The notes beneath the pieces were generated by a model. The model searched no databases. It saw nothing but the letters and a program-made list of their open reading frames with translations, and was not told where the DNA came from. This document shows positions 48,091-58,200 of a stretch of 64,000 nucleotides of DNA, in pieces; position 1 is the stretch's first letter; each line of letters opens with the position of its first letter. A program made the position numbers and the translations under genes. The stretch is from Candidatus Altiarchaeales archaeon (GTDB lineage Archaea; Altiarchaeota; Altiarchaeia; IMC4; SCGC-AAA252-I15): NCBI GenBank assembly GCA_014727915.1, contig WJMO01000005.1, forward strand, positions 1 to 64,000, in the 5' to 3' direction.

Positions 48091-48323
48091 TGGCTAAAGG
48101 CAAGAAGAAACGCAGGGAAAGGGAGAGGAAGGAGAAGGTGCCCAAGAGGAAGAGCGCCAAGTGGAAGGTATATGATGTCTCAGGAGAGGCTGTTAAGAGG
48201 AGTCTGAAATCATGCCCCAAATGTGGTGACGGCGTTTTCCTAGCGGACCATAAGACGCGCATGACCTGCGGGAAATGCGGTTACACGGAGTTCACCCGAA
48301 AGGGAGAAGAGGAAGAAAAATAG
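48090..48323 (+). CDS. rps27ae: 30S ribosomal protein S27ae (eS31)
   Basis: [23 protein letters not shown]. Confidence 0.95.
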   Translation: MAKGKKKRRERERKEKVPKRKSAKWKVYDVSGEAVKRSLKSCPKCGDGVFLADHKTRMTCGKCGYTEFTRKGEEEEK

Positions 48324-48358
48324 GAGCACTTAACTGCATTCACTCCCAATGTTTTCCA

Positions 48359-48907
48359 ATGAGGGTCGTGGGTTTGGACCTGGCCGGAAGCCCTAAGAAC
48401 AGCACAGGATTCTGCATTTTGGAGGTTGAGGGCGGGAAGACCGTCCATACCCGGCTGATACACTCTGACGAGGAGATACTGTCGGATGTCACGTCCGCTG
48501 ACCCGGACCTCGTGGCAGTTGACGCGCCCCTCATCTACGAGGGTGTGCGCAGGAACTGCGATGACCTGCTTCGCGAATATGGTGCCCTGCCCGTGACCTT
48601 GAAGGGCATGGAGGTTCTTGCAGAACGCGGGAGAAAGATCGCATCCGACCTGAAGCGATTGGGCCTGGATTATATCGAGGTTTTCCCTACTGCGTCCGCG
48701 AAGATACTGGGAGTATACAGCAAGAACGACTTCACACTCCAGAAGAACATGATGGCATTGGACCTGAAGGGGGACCTGAACACCAAGATACTATCAAGGG
48801 ACGAGTTGGACGCGGTCCTCGCCTCGTTGACGGGATTCCTCTATCTCCAGGGCCAGTCCGAGCCGGTCGGCGACGAAAACGGCCTCGTTCACATACCTCT
48901 CGTCTGA
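48359..48907 (+). CDS. DUF429 RNase H-like nuclease family protein
   Basis: VVGLDLAG, AVDAPL, IEVFP, DELDA. Confidence 0.85.
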   Translation: MRVVGLDLAGSPKNSTGFCILEVEGGKTVHTRLIHSDEEILSDVTSADPDLVAVDAPLIYEGVRRNCDDLLREYGALPVTLKGMEVLAERGRKIASDLKRLGLDYIEVFPTASAKILGVYSKNDFTLQKNMMALDLKGDLNTKILSRDELDAVLASLTGFLYLQGQSEPVGDENGLVHIPLV

Positions 48908-48943
48908 TGCTATAAAAGCGTCTAATACCATAGTTGAAACGTA

Positions 48944-50317
48944 ATGGGCGAATACGATTTCATCGTCGTGGGCGGGGGGCCGGCTGGAATGTTCGCCGCA
49001 TACGCCCTATCAGAAGCTGGAAGGAAGGTTCTGTTACTCGATGAGGGCAAGAACGTTTCAGACCGGCATTGTCCCATGGCCGAGTCTGGCGCATGCGTAA
49101 ACTGCAGGCCCTGCGATGTTATGACCGGACTGGGGGGTTCCGGGCTTTACAGTGATGGCACCCTGAACTTGAGGCCTGACATCGGCGGCGACCTCAGTCA
49201 GCTGACTGGCAGTGATGACCGGGCCTGGGAGCTGGTCGAACGTGTGGACGAGATATTCCTGCGTCATGGGGCTCCCGATAGGCTATACGGGGGGGACGAG
49301 GAGAAGATCGCCGAGTTGAAGAGGCGCTGTGCCTCTGACGACATCAAGTTCATAGACATACGTCAGCGTCACATAGGCACGGAGAACACTCCTGCGGTCA
49401 TCGAATCCATTGCGGAGCATCTGAGGGGTTCCGGAGTTGATATCATGGTGTCCACCAGGGTTGAGGACATCATAGTGGAGGATGGCCGGTGTGTCGGGGT
49501 CAAGACCGTCAAGGAAGAGTTCAGGGCTGGCGGCGTTCTACTGGCTCCTGGCAGAGTAGGGGCAAAGTGGGTTGATGAGCTGGTTGCTGAGCACGGTATA
49601 AAGGCTGTTTTCGGCCCTATCGACGTGGGGGTGAGGGTTGAGGTTCCAGCGTTGATAATGGAGTCCGTCATCGAGGTCAACCATGACCCTAAGTTCCACA
49701 TACGAACCCCAACATATGACGATTTTGTCCGTACATTCTGCACTAACCACCAAGGATGGGTTGTGAAGGAGAGCTATGATGGCCTGGTCGGAGTTAACGG
49801 GCATAGCATGCTCAAGGACATGTCTGGCAACACTAACTTCGCCTTCCTGGTGAGGGTGGCTTTGACTGAGCCAGTTGAGGACACGGTCGAATACGGCCGC
49901 GCGATAGCCGACCTGGCCACCACAATAGGGGGTGGGAAGCCGATACTACAGCGTCTCGGAGACCTCAGGCATGGCCGCAGGTCGCACCCCCATAACATCG
50001 CGGATAACCTGTTCGAGAACACGTTGAAGGATGTCACGCCCGGGGATGTTTCGATGGCGTTGCCTCACCGGATCGTCGAGGACATACTAGAGGGGTTGGA
50101 GAAGTTGAACGATGTGATACCTGGGGTGAACTCGGATTCCACATTGGTCTATGCCCCGGAGCTGAAGTTCTACAGCATGTGCGTGGAGGTAGGGTCCAGG
50201 ATGGACTCTAGCATCCCTGGATTGCACGTTGCAGGTGATGGGGTGGGGTTGAGCAGGGACATAGTTAATGCGGCTGCGACTGGTTTGCTGGCTGCTGAGG
50301 GAATGCTGCCACGATGA
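48944..50317 (+). CDS. FAD-dependent oxidoreductase
   Basis: GGGPAG, Cys cluster, [23 protein letters not shown]. Confidence 0.9.
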   Translation: MGEYDFIVVGGGPAGMFAAYALSEAGRKVLLLDEGKNVSDRHCPMAESGACVNCRPCDVMTGLGGSGLYSDGTLNLRPDIGGDLSQLTGSDDRAWELVERVDEIFLRHGAPDRLYGGDEEKIAELKRRCASDDIKFIDIRQRHIGTENTPAVIESIAEHLRGSGVDIMVSTRVEDIIVEDGRCVGVKTVKEEFRAGGVLLAPGRVGAKWVDELVAEHGIKAVFGPIDVGVRVEVPALIMESVIEVNHDPKFHIRTPTYDDFVRTFCTNHQGWVVKESYDGLVGVNGHSMLKDMSGNTNFAFLVRVALTEPVEDTVEYGRAIADLATTIGGGKPILQRLGDLRHGRRSHPHNIADNLFENTLKDVTPGDVSMALPHRIVEDILEGLEKLNDVIPGVNSDSTLVYAPELKFYSMCVEVGSRMDSSIPGLHVAGDGVGLSRDIVNAAATGLLAAEGMLPR

Positions 50318-50823
50318 ACGCGTCCGTTTTGAGGCTGGGTCACAGGCACAGCAGGGACAAGCGCATCAGCACACATGTCGCGTTGACTGCCAGGGCGTTC
50401 GGCGCCTCCAGGATAGTCTATGATGGTCGTGCTGTTGATGTTAAGGAGAGCGTCGATGAGATAACCTCCTCATGGGGTGGTGACTTCAAGGTCGAGTTCA
50501 CGGAAGGCTACCGTGATTTCATCAACTCCTTCGAGGGCTTGAAGGTTCATCTCACAATGTATGGCCTGCCCCTGGATGATGTGGTGGCCGACTTCGGCCT
50601 TGAGGGGGATATTCTGGTTGTGGTCGGAGGTGCGAAGGTGCCTTCGGATGTGTTTGAGCTGGTGGACTACAACGTTGCAGTGGGTAATCAACCGCACTCG
50701 GAGGTCGCGGCTCTTGCAGTGTTCCTTGACCGCATATTCGGGGGTGGTGAGCTGGACAGGGACTTCAAGGGCAGGATGAGAATTGTCCCTCAGAACCGCG
50801 GGAAGAAAGTATTGGAGGGATAG
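50314..50823 (+). CDS. trm56: tRNA (cytidine(56)-2'-O)-methyltransferase
   Basis: [34 protein letters not shown]. Confidence 0.96.
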   Translation: MNASVLRLGHRHSRDKRISTHVALTARAFGASRIVYDGRAVDVKESVDEITSSWGGDFKVEFTEGYRDFINSFEGLKVHLTMYGLPLDDVVADFGLEGDILVVVGGAKVPSDVFELVDYNVAVGNQPHSEVAALAVFLDRIFGGGELDRDFKGRMRIVPQNRGKKVLEG

Positions 50824-50828
50824 TCGAC

Positions 50829-53800
50829 TTATTCGTCTCCTCGGTCGTCGTCTTCGCTTCCCCCGGTTATGCCATAGTCTATCTGGCCTGACTCGTCTCG
50901 GTCTTCAAGCATGTCCTCCAACTGCCTTCCGACGCTCTTTGTGCGCTGCCTACCGAAACCTCCCATGTAGGTCATGTGTTCCTTGAGTGTTTGCATTCCT
51001 GCTCTGTCCTCACCCATCATCTCAGCGCCTAAATCCCCCACCTTCTCCTGGGCTGGGGATACGCCAGTCGAACCTGAGACTTCGCTATCTGGTGCTGCCT
51101 GGCTCGCCTGGGGTCCTGAACCCTCCTCGGTTTCTGATGGCTGTGCGGTTCCCGCATCTGCTGATGCGGTTGGCGCAGGCTCAGATGTCGGCGTTGGCTG
51201 CTGGCTCGCGTCCGGCTCTTGCGCAGGCTGTGATGTTGCGGTCGGCTGCTGGGTTGCATCAGGTTCTGGGGTTGATGGTGTGGTGTCAGGCTGTTGTGCG
51301 CTGGTCTCTGCCGCTTCGGGTTCCGGCGTCGTTGGCTGCTGTCCGTCGCCTGCTGCGGGTGCTCCCTGCTGGCTCTGGTCTGGCTGCGCCTCCGCCCCGC
51401 CCTCGGCTGCCTGGGCTTCGTTGGCTCTCATGTGGTTGAGTGTTGACTGTTTCAAAGCGTCGTTCTGGTCGGCGTTCATGCTCACCGCCTGGTCGTGTGT
51501 TAGGGCTCTCGTGTACGCTGTTGATGCGGTCTGCCCTCCGCTCCCGTATTCCGGGGCCTCGCCGGCTGGGGTGTCCACGAACTGTTGGAAGTCATCAGCG
51601 CTCACTCCCGCCTCTTGCATCTGCTGGGCCATCTCCGCCCCCTGCCGGTCTGTTTCAGCGTCTATCCTCGGATGGGGCCTCTGCTGCTGTTGTCCTCCGG
51701 TCCCCGCCTGTCCGCCCCGTCTGCTCTGGCTTCCGGTTGAACCTGCGGTCGTGGATGTTCCCCTACCATCCCTGCGCGCGCTGTATGCTGTCACAACGCT
51801 TTGGCCCGCGCCCCAGGCGCCGCGCACTCCCATCTTCCCAAGCCTCCATCCCAGGGGGAATGAGCTCAAACCCCCGGTCGCGGCGAACTTCAATGCTTCC
51901 ATGGGTGCGTGTATAAAAGCAATCTTGGCGGCTGCCACTCCCAGGTCCATGCCAATCCCTGCGGCTTTCCCTAGCACGAACCCTATCCTCGAGCTTGCCC
52001 TGTCCTGCCCCCTATAGCTTGTGACGGTATCGCGTATCCCCGTGGTTGACATGCCATCGAATACTCCGCTGAAGAACGTGCTCTCCCTTACGCCCCCCCT
52101 GACGGTGTTCAGCCCTTCCGATAGTTGTCCCGGGTCTGTTCCGAGCTTCCGAGCGGACAGTTGCATCTGCCGCTGTCTTATCTTGTTCAAAGTCGCCTCT
52201 CTTGTCGCCGGGTTCTGGAGGGCTGCGTTCACTCCCGCGGTCCCGGAGGGCATCATCGCGCCTCCCGGGTAGTCTGTGCGGCCGACGTCCTGGACGGCAT
52301 CCTGCCAGCTGGCTCCGCCTACGGCCTCCAGCAACTGGCTGTCGCTGGCGTTCCTCAGGTCTCCGACAGTGTTTATTCCTGCTTGCTGGAGGTTAGCCAC
52401 GGTCGTGTCGGAGTTAAGCCCCAGTGATTCCATGACCTCCCTGTTGTATCCGCTGTCTATCCCCAGGCCCTGGGCTGACTGCCCGATTGCCCTTCCAATA
52501 CCCGTCACTTCCATGACCTTGCTTACCGTGTAGGCCGATATTCCCAACCCCACCAGGGTCCCCGCTCCCATCCCTCCTATGCCTGCTATAGTGCCTATTA
52601 TGGCGAGCGCCTGGACTGTCATCGCCCATTTGCCGAGGCCCCATGCGGTCCCGATCACGCCCGCGCTTGCCATGGCTCCTAGGATGTTGCTTGCGACGTA
52701 TGATAGGCCTGCTCCTACGTTGTATATGCCCATTATGGACTTGCCAACAAGAGTCTCCGACCTGTAGAATGGTGTTTTCGGCTGCTGGGAGGCTGTGCTT
52801 GGCTGACTGCTTGGCCCGCCAGTGGTCTCTCCTAATCCCCTGCCTAGTCCGAAGCCCCATCCCCCGACCCATCTTCCGAAGGACCAGAGCCCGCTTCCAA
52901 CACCGAACATCCGCCCCTGGCGTGCGAACCATTTGCCCCACCTCTGCCTTCTCGCTGCTGTCCTCTTCTGATACCTCTCCGCAAAGCCTTTCATGCCTGG
53001 CATCTTGGAGAGCACCCTACTTGCTTTAGCTCTCTGGCCTACCCTAGCCCTTCTTGATATGGACTTCAATTCGCTGGTTCCCAGGCCGCCCTGCTCTGCC
53101 TCGTCACCTCCCATGAACATCTTTGAGATGTTCCGGCCCACGAATGACCCGCTCATGCCGATCGCACCCAACGCACCCGCATTATAGGACCACTTGGCCG
53201 CTCTCAAAAGGCTTCTCCCTATCATGTTCCCTGTCTTGGGCAGGGCTCCTCCTATGCCCATGCCTATGAACATGCCCAGCGGACCCCCAGCCAACGCGCC
53301 GATGGCTCCGCCTATAACCATTCCCATACCGCGTTTTCTGACCTGTCCCACACCCCACATGGCAGCCTTCTGCACGTGCTTACCAAATCCTAGCCCTACT
53401 CCCATGCCTATCGCAAGCCCGAGGGGGCCTCCCAGGGCGAGTCCGATGCCGGCTGATATGGCGATGCCCATCGCCCGGTGACCCAGGTATCCTCCGACGG
53501 CCACTCCCGCTCTCTTAGCCCATCCCGCGCCATAGTATGCGCCAAGTCCGATGCCGTATCCGGCCCATCCCAGCCCGTAACCGGCATAGTATGCTCCTTT
53601 GCCTGCGAGCCACGCGCCCTTGCCGGCCAGCCACAGTCCAGCGCCAGCAGCCATTCCCGCCACACCGATCAATGCTCCCAGACCGTATCCTCTCCCCAGC
53701 AGTCCTACGCTCCCTCTCATCAGAGAACCTCCCAGTCCGCTCAGACCCTTCGTAGCAGCCCAGCCTATGCCCATACCCAATCCCTTTAGTCCTGCCCAAC

Positions 53801-55160
53801 CGTATGACAGGGCACCGCTGCCAAGCTTACCTGCTGCGCCGCTGACAGTCTTCCAAGCCTGCCCAACCCGTCCTTGCTCCCATCTCTTAGCAGTCTGGCT
53901 CCACTTCCGCCTCCTCTCCGATGGCCTCTTACCCGGTTTCTTGCCGCTTTTAGGCCCTCCCGGCCGTTTTTTCATCTTCTTCCCGAGCCTTGATATGCTT
54001 CCCACCCCTGCTGACAGTCCGGCGGCGACCACGGCTTCCGCGCTCTGAGCCTGCATCATCTGCCCCGCCCCGACCATTGCAACACCTGCGAAGCCGGGGG
54101 TCAGCTGCCCCGCCCCAGATAGTATTGCCCCTATCATCGCAAGCGCTCCTGTGACTATCAAGGGGGAGATGATTATCATGCACATCAGGGAGATGGCCGC
54201 GAAAACGGTGAAATTCGACTCTACGGTCGGCCGGGCCTCCATCACTATCCCCGTTATCAGCACCCACATTGCCATGACGACATTCACCATAGCCCATGTA
54301 AGGCTGTACTTCAGGAACGTGCGCCCTATGCTCTTGGTGAAGTCCCACAGGTACAGGAGGCAGGTCAGAGGCATCATTATCGCCATCAGATGGATTATTG
54401 TATATCTCAACATGATCATCGTCACCGCCAGCAGGCCTACTATCTGACCGCAGCAGAAGGAGAAAAGATAGGCCTTGTTGTCCTTGCCTATCCCCTTGTA
54501 CGAGGATGCTATGCTCTTCCCAAAGTCCGGGCTGGTTGTGACCTGCTGGTATAGGCCGTCGATCCTGTTATAGCAGTGGTCCGGCACATCATATACTTCC
54601 GCGCATGTAAGCGGGGGCGGCCCGGGGTTGGCTATGGGCGGGGGGTCCTTCATTATCACGCCGCCTATCAGGCTGACCGTGATCTGGTATGAGATGTCAA
54701 TGAGCATCTGGTAGAAGTAAGGGGAGAAGGGCACTATGATAAGTGCGAGCAGCAGCCTCTGGAGCTGCGCCTTTGCGGCCGCTCTCTCTCCCGGGCTGTT
54801 GGAGAATATCATCATCTTTATGGCGGTTATGAGTATTGCGAATATGACCAGGGGCATGATCCACCGCATCACCATCCCGGCCATTAACAGCGTGTTGCCC
54901 TGGTTTATGACGGGCCTTCCAAGGGTTTCATTGCTTAGGCTCCAGGGTATGAGGTTTATCAAGAGGGCGGAGTCCCCCATGAAAGTATGCAATATGAACG
55001 CGTAGAAGTCTATGACCAGATTGGAGAACCATTCGCTAACCCCCTTTATCACGTCTCCTGAGATGGCTGCGGCACTCTGTGAAAAAACCAGTATCAACAG
55101 TATTGCTGACGCAGCTTTAGCCTTCTTCGCAGAATAAACCGTCTCTAAGGATGTTTTCAT
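50829..55160 (-). CDS. Large VirB6/TrbL-like polytopic membrane protein with Gly-rich and acidic C-terminal extensions
   Basis: N-terminal ~370 aa with about 7-8 TMs, including SPGERAAAKAQLQRLLLALII and MPLT.LLY...TK..G..F; then Gly zippers, an HhH-like motif and a Q/P/E/T-rich tail. Confidence 0.65.
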   Translation of the reverse strand: MKTSLETVYSAKKAKAASAILLILVFSQSAAAISGDVIKGVSEWFSNLVIDFYAFILHTFMGDSALLINLIPWSLSNETLGRPVINQGNTLLMAGMVMRWIMPLVIFAILITAIKMMIFSNSPGERAAAKAQLQRLLLALIIVPFSPYFYQMLIDISYQITVSLIGGVIMKDPPPIANPGPPPLTCAEVYDVPDHCYNRIDGLYQQVTTSPDFGKSIASSYKGIGKDNKAYLFSFCCGQIVGLLAVTMIMLRYTIIHLMAIMMPLTCLLYLWDFTKSIGRTFLKYSLTWAMVNVVMAMWVLITGIVMEARPTVESNFTVFAAISLMCMIIISPLIVTGALAMIGAILSGAGQLTPGFAGVAMVGAGQMMQAQSAEAVVAAGLSAGVGSISRLGKKMKKRPGGPKSGKKPGKRPSERRRKWSQTAKRWEQGRVGQAWKTVSGAAGKLGSGALSYGWAGLKGLGMGIGWAATKGLSGLGGSLMRGSVGLLGRGYGLGALIGVAGMAAGAGLWLAGKGAWLAGKGAYYAGYGLGWAGYGIGLGAYYGAGWAKRAGVAVGGYLGHRAMGIAISAGIGLALGGPLGLAIGMGVGLGFGKHVQKAAMWGVGQVRKRGMGMVIGGAIGALAGGPLGMFIGMGIGGALPKTGNMIGRSLLRAAKWSYNAGALGAIGMSGSFVGRNISKMFMGGDEAEQGGLGTSELKSISRRARVGQRAKASRVLSKMPGMKGFAERYQKRTAARRQRWGKWFARQGRMFGVGSGLWSFGRWVGGWGFGLGRGLGETTGGPSSQPSTASQQPKTPFYRSETLVGKSIMGIYNVGAGLSYVASNILGAMASAGVIGTAWGLGKWAMTVQALAIIGTIAGIGGMGAGTLVGLGISAYTVSKVMEVTGIGRAIGQSAQGLGIDSGYNREVMESLGLNSDTTVANLQQAGINTVGDLRNASDSQLLEAVGGASWQDAVQDVGRTDYPGGAMMPSGTAGVNAALQNPATREATLNKIRQRQMQLSARKLGTDPGQLSEGLNTVRGGVRESTFFSGVFDGMSTTGIRDTVTSYRGQDRASSRIGFVLGKAAGIGMDLGVAAAKIAFIHAPMEALKFAATGGLSSFPLGWRLGKMGVRGAWGAGQSVVTAYSARRDGRGTSTTAGSTGSQSRRGGQAGTGGQQQQRPHPRIDAETDRQGAEMAQQMQEAGVSADDFQQFVDTPAGEAPEYGSGGQTASTAYTRALTHDQAVSMNADQNDALKQSTLNHMRANEAQAAEGGAEAQPDQSQQGAPAAGDGQQPTTPEPEAAETSAQQPDTTPSTPEPDATQQPTATSQPAQEPDASQQPTPTSEPAPTASADAGTAQPSETEEGSGPQASQAAPDSEVSGSTGVSPAQEKVGDLGAEMMGEDRAGMQTLKEHMTYMGGFGRQRTKSVGRQLEDMLEDRDESGQIDYGITGGSEDDDRGDE

Positions 55161-55210
55161 GGCGGCAGCCCAGTAAAAATATGGGTTCCAAACTATTTAA
55201 TTATAATATA

Positions 55211-58200
55211 CTATGCCTTACCGTCGAATTCGTCCCTTGCCTTCGCGAAGTCCAGGGCCTTCCCACTGAAGAACCTGTAGGACATTACAGCCGCGAAGGC
55301 TATCAGCAACACCCACAGGTTGTCCATCAGGTAATCGCAGAATTCCGGGGGCTTGTCCACTGGGACGGTGTCCACGAACGGGACTGACCTCTTGAAACCA
55401 TGGTCGTCGTGGCAGGTTATGACTGCCGTGATCAGCCGGTCCACGGGGAACATTATCTCCTCGTTAAGGTCGTACCATCCAGTGTATTCTATGTACGGGT
55501 GCTGGAACTGTATGTAGAAGTGCTTGCAGTATGGGTCGTACCCGTCTTCTGAGCTCTGGTTCGTGCATACGTTAAGCACTGCCGGCCATACCTTTATTAT
55601 CCTGGAGTTCTCGTTGAAGTCCGATTCCAGGTAGAACTCTTCAGGCGGGGGCTTGTTGACCCTCACCGTAAGGCCTCCGCTTCCGGCTCCGTGTTGTGCT
55701 CCGTCGGGGCAGATGGGAGCGTCTCCGAAGGCGGGGAAGTCCTGGCTCTGGAAGGGGGTGTAGACTTCAATGTCGGTGAATCCTAGCTCGTACTCTGTGA
55801 GCGAGTTGCTGTCTAGTATGAGCGTGTACGACTGTGGCGCAATGCCCTTCGGCTCGCATTCTTTGAGGTATTCTATATTGCATTTGCTCTCTCCGAAGTT
55901 CCATTTGTACCTGAACTGGAAGTGGTCCAGCCAGTAGGCTTTGAACTCCTCCTCGGCGCAGTGGTTCCTGTACTTGCTGGGCACTCCCTCGCATGGGACC
56001 AGCCCAGACAGAACCCACTTGTTCAGGTCCTTGCAGGTCTCGTTGTCGATGGGGTAGAGGTTTTCGAACTCCTCCTTGTATTCGCAGTCGCACCTGCCCC
56101 CCTCGCATACCAGATCCGCTATCTGGTTGCACATTGGCGGGCAGTCCTGGATAGAAGAGCACTGGTAGTCGACGTCCCTCCACTCTTCGCTGTCGCAGTA
56201 TAGCGCGTACCTCACATACGCTTTGCCTATGGGCTTGCTCTTCTTCAGGAATCTCACGTTGGTCCACTCGTCAACCCTCCAGTTGTCGTCGTCCAGGCCA
56301 CGCTCAACATCCTGCATCCTCCAGTAAAGCGCTGCGAAGTCGTAGTAGTGCGGTTCGTCCTCGTGGAAGTTCCTTAGCAGGCCGATGTTGGAGGATATCT
56401 CGTATATGTAGTTGTAGCATTCAGCACGGCCCTTGTCAACAAGCCATAGGGGGTGCTTCCAGGTGTACTGTGAGCCGTATGCGCTGAACTGGTCTATGAA
56501 GAAGTGGCTCTTCTTGGATGGGTTGTACGTCCACCTGACATACAGTGGGTCGCTTGTCTCGTATTCCAAGTCTATCTCCTGGCCTGGCGGGGTCAACCGG
56601 GTCTTGTAGCATTCCTTGGCCAGGTCGAGGAGCCTTGCGTTCTCCTCGGTGACCTCCTTCCAGTCCTGGGGAAGTGTCGACTGCAACGCGGTCCCGTCAT
56701 GCCAGGGGTAGTACTTCTTCGGCGTGAAGTCCATCATAAGGTATTGTTCGTAAGCGTCTTCTATGGTTAGTGTGAACCCGTCGAATAGGTCGTATACGAA
56801 TCTTCCGGGGCTCCTTGTCGACTCCTCGTCCACGGCTTTGAAGTTCAGGTAGGCGAAGGCCCAGTTCTCGTTGCTGCTGTCCTCGTGTCCGTGCTGTATC
56901 GTCCCGTTCACCTTTATCACCGCCTCGGAGTTCCCCGAGTCTATGGGGTTCTCCACCCTCAGATGGTCTCCGTAGTCGTCAGCCCATATCCTCGAATAGT
57001 CCTTCATCTTCTCGTAGACTATCTCCCACTCGCACGGTCCCTTGTCCTTCGTAACCAGGTAGTCTGCGAGGTTTACGCTGTCGTGGTGCCAGCACCCCCA
57101 GCAGGTGTAGTCGCACCTGCAGTCGTGGTAGTAGTAGCATTCCAGCTCTATGGGCACCCCGTTGCATGTGGTCCAGTAGGTGCACTCGCACCACGAGTGC
57201 GCGGGCGGGTTGTCGTTATCCCACTGGAAGGGTATGGGGTCCTGGGTGTATGGGGTCCTGGGCTGGTTGCCCCGGCAACAGCAGGGCGGCGTGAAGTCCC
57301 CGGCGTACACTTCATTGTGGGTAACGAACCATTCCGTCTCGCATGTTATGTCGTTGACTATGATCTCCTCCCACTGCTCCCACCTGTAGCTGATGACCTT
57401 CTCCTCGAGCCTGCTGCAACCCTGCCAACCGCACTGTTTGACCAGCAGCTCCCGTTTCATCTCGTTTATTACGCTGTACTTGAGCCCCACGTTCAGGTAC
57501 CTGGTCTCCGGGCTCAGCTGCACCTCCTGCTTGTCCTCGTGCATGACCGAAGCAGGCGCCGGCGGCTTCTCGGTCAGCAGGTTGTCCTTTCCATATAACT
57601 TGTTGCTTGTCTTGGCCTTGCTGAAAGATTGCACGTCAACTACGCCGTGGTTCTCGTCGTATTCCGTTACCATGATGTCCATCTGGGCGAACGGCTCCTG
57701 CCCGGGGTTTCTCGGGTATGTGTGAACCTCTTTCCTCTGCATCCTACCGCATGATTTCGGGATGTGGGCTGCGGCGTCGACGGCGTAGGGGTCCACTGGC
57801 ATTCCATCGACTACCTTCCCTCCTGTGAATCCTCCATGCCCTGACATGACCACGTTGCACTGGTGCGCTCCACCGGACACGTCAGACCTCTTGCACGTTG
57901 TTGGTTCCATCGAGTTGCAGGTCCCTGGCATGCAACCCATGCATCCTCCGTCGACCTCCCCTCCGCCTGCCATGTCGCATCCTTTGATCCCATCCTCCTT
58001 GTCCCAGTCGCCTCTCATCGCCCGCCCGCAGTTGCACTCCTCTGATATGCACTCCAGCGTCCGGCCGTCCGGCCCGTTGAGGAACGACTTGTACGGTTTC
58101 ACGGTGGCGTCTATGCCCCAGAAGTCGCCGTTGCAGACCGGCAGCGGCTCCCCATACTGGTACTGGTCTCCGAAGTTCCGGGCCTCGAACCATATGGGGC

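Noticed and set aside
40600-48358. ORF-track starts at 40600, 48087 and 48275 (also 4372, 33369 and 38202)
   Set aside because: These upstream alternative starts overlap neighbouring genes or SD sites; ATGs at 40681, 48090, 48359, 4459, 33348 and 38103 fit family N-termini or SD spacing better.
50974-52017. 347-aa plus-strand ORF
   Set aside because: Antisense shadow of the low-complexity tail of the 1443-aa gene.
50829-55160. Phage tape-measure protein or prophage
   Set aside because: The Gly/Ala-rich helices look similar, but there are no capsid, terminase, tail or integrase genes, and the N-terminus is polytopic.
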